From Terriglobia bacterium (GTDB lineage Bacteria; Acidobacteriota; Terriglobia; 2-12-FULL-54-10): a DNA stretch of 64,000 nt. Location of the stretch: the NCBI GenBank assembly GCA_963666975.2, contig CAXVYR010000004.1:704001-768000 (forward strand), given 5' to 3'. This document shows positions 61,408 to 64,000 of this stretch, one piece after another (within the stretch, counting starts at the first letter, position 1; each line of letters begins with the position of its first letter). The position numbers and the translations under genes were made by a program. The notes under the pieces were generated by a model. The model saw only the letters and a program-made list of their open reading frames with translations. It searched no databases and was not told the origin of the DNA.

Positions 61408-62919
61408 TGTACGTCGTCAGATAATGTTGGACACAGAGCATAAAAAGATAAGGTGGCGTTCAGGCTCCTCTGGGTTGATGTTAGGCTGCCCTTCTTTTGA
61501 AGTGCAACCGTTTTCTTAAGATCATAGTTTTCTCTTTGATGCGATCCCGTTTTTGCAGGATGGCACTGCCTTGGCCTGTAAAAACGTCATACGGTGTCAG
61601 GTTGTTCAGGCTTTCATGGTATCGGTTGGTGTTGTAGTGGTTGACGAAGGCATCGATCTGCCGCTCCAGCTCTTCTGGCAGGTAATAGTTGTTGAGCAGG
61701 ATGCGGTCTTTCAGAGTTCGGTGCCAGCGTTCGATCTTGCCCTGCGTCATGGGGTGATAGGGCTTGCCGCGAGTATGCGGCACGCTGTTTTCTGCCAGCC
61801 ATGATTGCAGTTCGGAAGAGACGTAGCACGGCCCGTTGTCGCTCAGGAGGCGAGGTCTGTGCCGGGCGCCCACGCGGTCGAGGCCGGTGGCTTGCAAAGC
61901 ATCCCGCAACGTGGCCGAGACGTCACTTGCGCTCATGGTTTTGCACAGCCGCCAGGCGATGATATAGCGCGAGAAGTCGTCCAGCACCGTGGACAGGTAG
62001 AACCAGCCCCAACCGATGACTTTCAGGTAGGTGAAGTCGGTCTGCCAGAGCTGGTTGACCGCCGTGGTCGGGTTGGCGAACCGTTCCGCCGCTTTCAGGA
62101 CAATAAAGGCTGGCGCGGTAATCAGGTCATGGCTTTTCAGGACGCGGTAAACCGTCGATTCAGAAAGGTAATACCGCCTTTCCTCGGTAAAACGCACCGC
62201 CAGCTCGCGTGACGACAGATCGGGCTCGGCCAGGGCTAACGTCACCAACTGCTGAGTTATCTCCTCCGGCACCTTGTTCCAGACAGGGCCAGGATCGGGT
62301 TTTTTGTCTTCCAGCCCATCAAAGCCTTCCGACACATAGCGGTCGTACCAGTTGTAAAACGTCGATCTGGGAATGCCAACCTGCTGCAGCGTCCGGCGCA
62401 CCCCCAGGGCAGATTGCTCCACCGTGCAGATGATCTCCAGCTTCTCCGAGGCAGGGTATCTCATGTATGTTCCTCCCCATCCCCGATCACGCTTTTTTTT
62501 AGCAGGCGATTTTCCAGCATAGCCTCGGCCAGGGCCTCTTTCAGCTGTACGGCCTGCTCCCGCAGAGTCTTGACTTCGCCACTGGTTGCCTCACGGTCTA
62601 TGTCGCCCGCCAGCCGCTTGCGGCCAGCCTCCAGAAACTCCTTGCTCCAGCGGTAATACTGGTTCTGGTGCAGCCCCTCGCGGCGGCACAGCTCCGCGAT
62701 GCTGTCCTCGCCGCGAAGTCCCTGCAATACAATGCGGATTTTGTCTTCCGGGCTGAACCTGCGCCGCGTCCTGCGTTTGATCTCCCGGACGGCCTTCTCG
62801 ACCGCCCCCCTGTCGTCTTGTTTTTGTCTCATCTTCGTTCCTTTCAGTCTCTACGATGAGCCAAAAACATCACCTTAACTATTACCCTCTACCTGTCCAA
62901 CAAGCCCTGACGGGGCACA
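61408..62919 (-). mobile_element. IS3-family element copy (1512 bp) with 10-bp target duplication
   Basis: GTCCCATACA on both sides. Confidence 0.93.
61481..62832 (-). CDS. IS3-family transposase orfA (62461-62832) / orfB (61481-62464)
   Basis: Identical translation to 31889-33240. Confidence 0.92.
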
Positions 62920-63010
62920 GTCCCATACATAGTTGAAGGTTGAACGGCGGTTCGGCCCGAATCGAATAGAATCGGGCCAAGCCTAAATCCTATAGAAGGA
63001 GAACCGCCGA

Positions 63011-64000
63011 ATGAAGGGAAAATATCACGTTTTGGAACTGGGTTCCAAGGGAGCCGAAGAAACCATCCAGAAGTTTTGCCAAACCAACGGACAGATGCTG
63101 TTGCCGGTGGTGGATCTGATCACGGAGGCGCGTCTGGCGGTGGATGAGGTGATTGATCGGGCCGGGCGAGGTTTGATTGAAACGATTCTGAGCATGAGCG
63201 CAGAGCAAATCGCGGGGCCAAAGAGTCCCGGGAAGGCGAGCGGAGAGGTGCGCTGGCATGGCCGGCAATTGGGGAGGGTGAAACTGGCCGATCGCCAGCT
63301 GCGGGTGGAGCGGCCCCGGCTGCGCCGGAAGGGCGGAGGGGAAGAAGCGGTGCCGGCCTACGAAGCACTGCGGAAAAGCGAGAAGACGGGCGAGGAGATG
63401 TTCGAGGCACTGTTGAAAGGGGTTTCGACGCGGAACTACCGCGAGGTGATCCCGGAGATGGCCAACAGCGCTGGGGTGTCGAAGTCTCAGGTGAGCCGGG
63501 AAGCGGCCGAGCAAGGAGCGCGGCGGCTGGAAGAACTGTTGGCGCGGCGCTGGGAGGAGGTCGAGATTCTGGTGATTTACCTGGACGGAATGCGGTTCGG
63601 CTCCCACCACGTCATCAGCGCCGTGGGCGTGGACAGCGAGGGCCGCAAGCATGTGCTGGGGATTCAACTGGGCGCGACCGAAAACGCCGCTGCGGTGAAA
63701 GACCTTCTCACCCGCCTGCGCCAGCAAGGTTTGCGCACGGATCAGCGCTATCTGTTTGTGATCGACGGCGCCAAAGCGCTCCGCGCGGGGATCGAGGAAG
63801 TATTCGGCAGCAATCAGCTGGTGCAGCGTTGCCGTACTCATAAGCTGCGCAACGTGGCTGAGCGGTTACCAAAGGGCGACAAAATGCTGGCGAATCAGGT
63901 GCGGTCGCTGATGCGCGCCGCCTGGCGATTGCCCCAAGCCGAGGAAGGCATCGTGCGCATAAAAAAGCTCGCTGGGATGATCGAGTGCGATCATCCGGCA
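63011..64000 (+). CDS. IS256-family transposase (partial, window end)
   Basis: ATGAAGGGAAAATATCAC start as in copies 1 and 2. Confidence 0.9.
   Translation, partial: MKGKYHVLELGSKGAEETIQKFCQTNGQMLLPVVDLITEARLAVDEVIDRAGRGLIETILSMSAEQIAGPKSPGKASGEVRWHGRQLGRVKLADRQLRVERPRLRRKGGGEEAVPAYEALRKSEKTGEEMFEALLKGVSTRNYREVIPEMANSAGVSKSQVSREAAEQGARRLEELLARRWEEVEILVIYLDGMRFGSHHVISAVGVDSEGRKHVLGIQLGATENAAAVKDLLTRLRQQGLRTDQRYLFVIDGAKALRAGIEEVFGSNQLVQRCRTHKLRNVAERLPKGDKMLANQVRSLMRAAWRLPQAEEGIVRIKKLAGMIECDHPA

Larger units (their letters stand above)
61392..64000 (+). mobile_element. IS256-family element copy 3, left IR interrupted by IS3-family element; runs off window
   Basis: GAGGGTGTCCCATACA at 61392 resumes at 62920. 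Confidence 0.9.

Overview
A heavily eroded accessory region, probably from an Acidobacteriota-like genome (inferred from the Oar-type TonB receptors, the kinase-TolB-TPR gene and the RRM-rpoD pair). 0.5-6.3 kb holds a compact operon (RHH regulator, Rad52/Sak-like annealase, OB/SSB-like protein, Fe-S Cas4-like nuclease, unknown protein, HNH) followed by toxin-antitoxin loci. 6-37 kb is a mosaic of unrelated intact and broken genes: GT4, heparinase II/III, methyltransferase, RRM-rpoD, kinase, TonB receptor, GH161-like phosphorylase, a terminase/cos relic and two partial tRNAs. These blocks are separated by a dispersed family of short sites that resemble tyrosine-recombinase targets. 38-61 kb carries a repeated catabolic-looking module: secreted YtcJ-like amidohydrolases, rearranged 3-hydroxyanthranilate-dioxygenase-like proteins, Rieske ferredoxin, a TAXI binding protein, a secreted M29/NicX-like protein and outer-membrane transporters. 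IS256 (x3), an IS3/IS481-like element (x4, often inserted at other IS ends), IS1380, IS5 and MITE-like relics are abundant. No CRISPR array or rRNA was seen. All family calls come from motifs read by eye, not from database searches.
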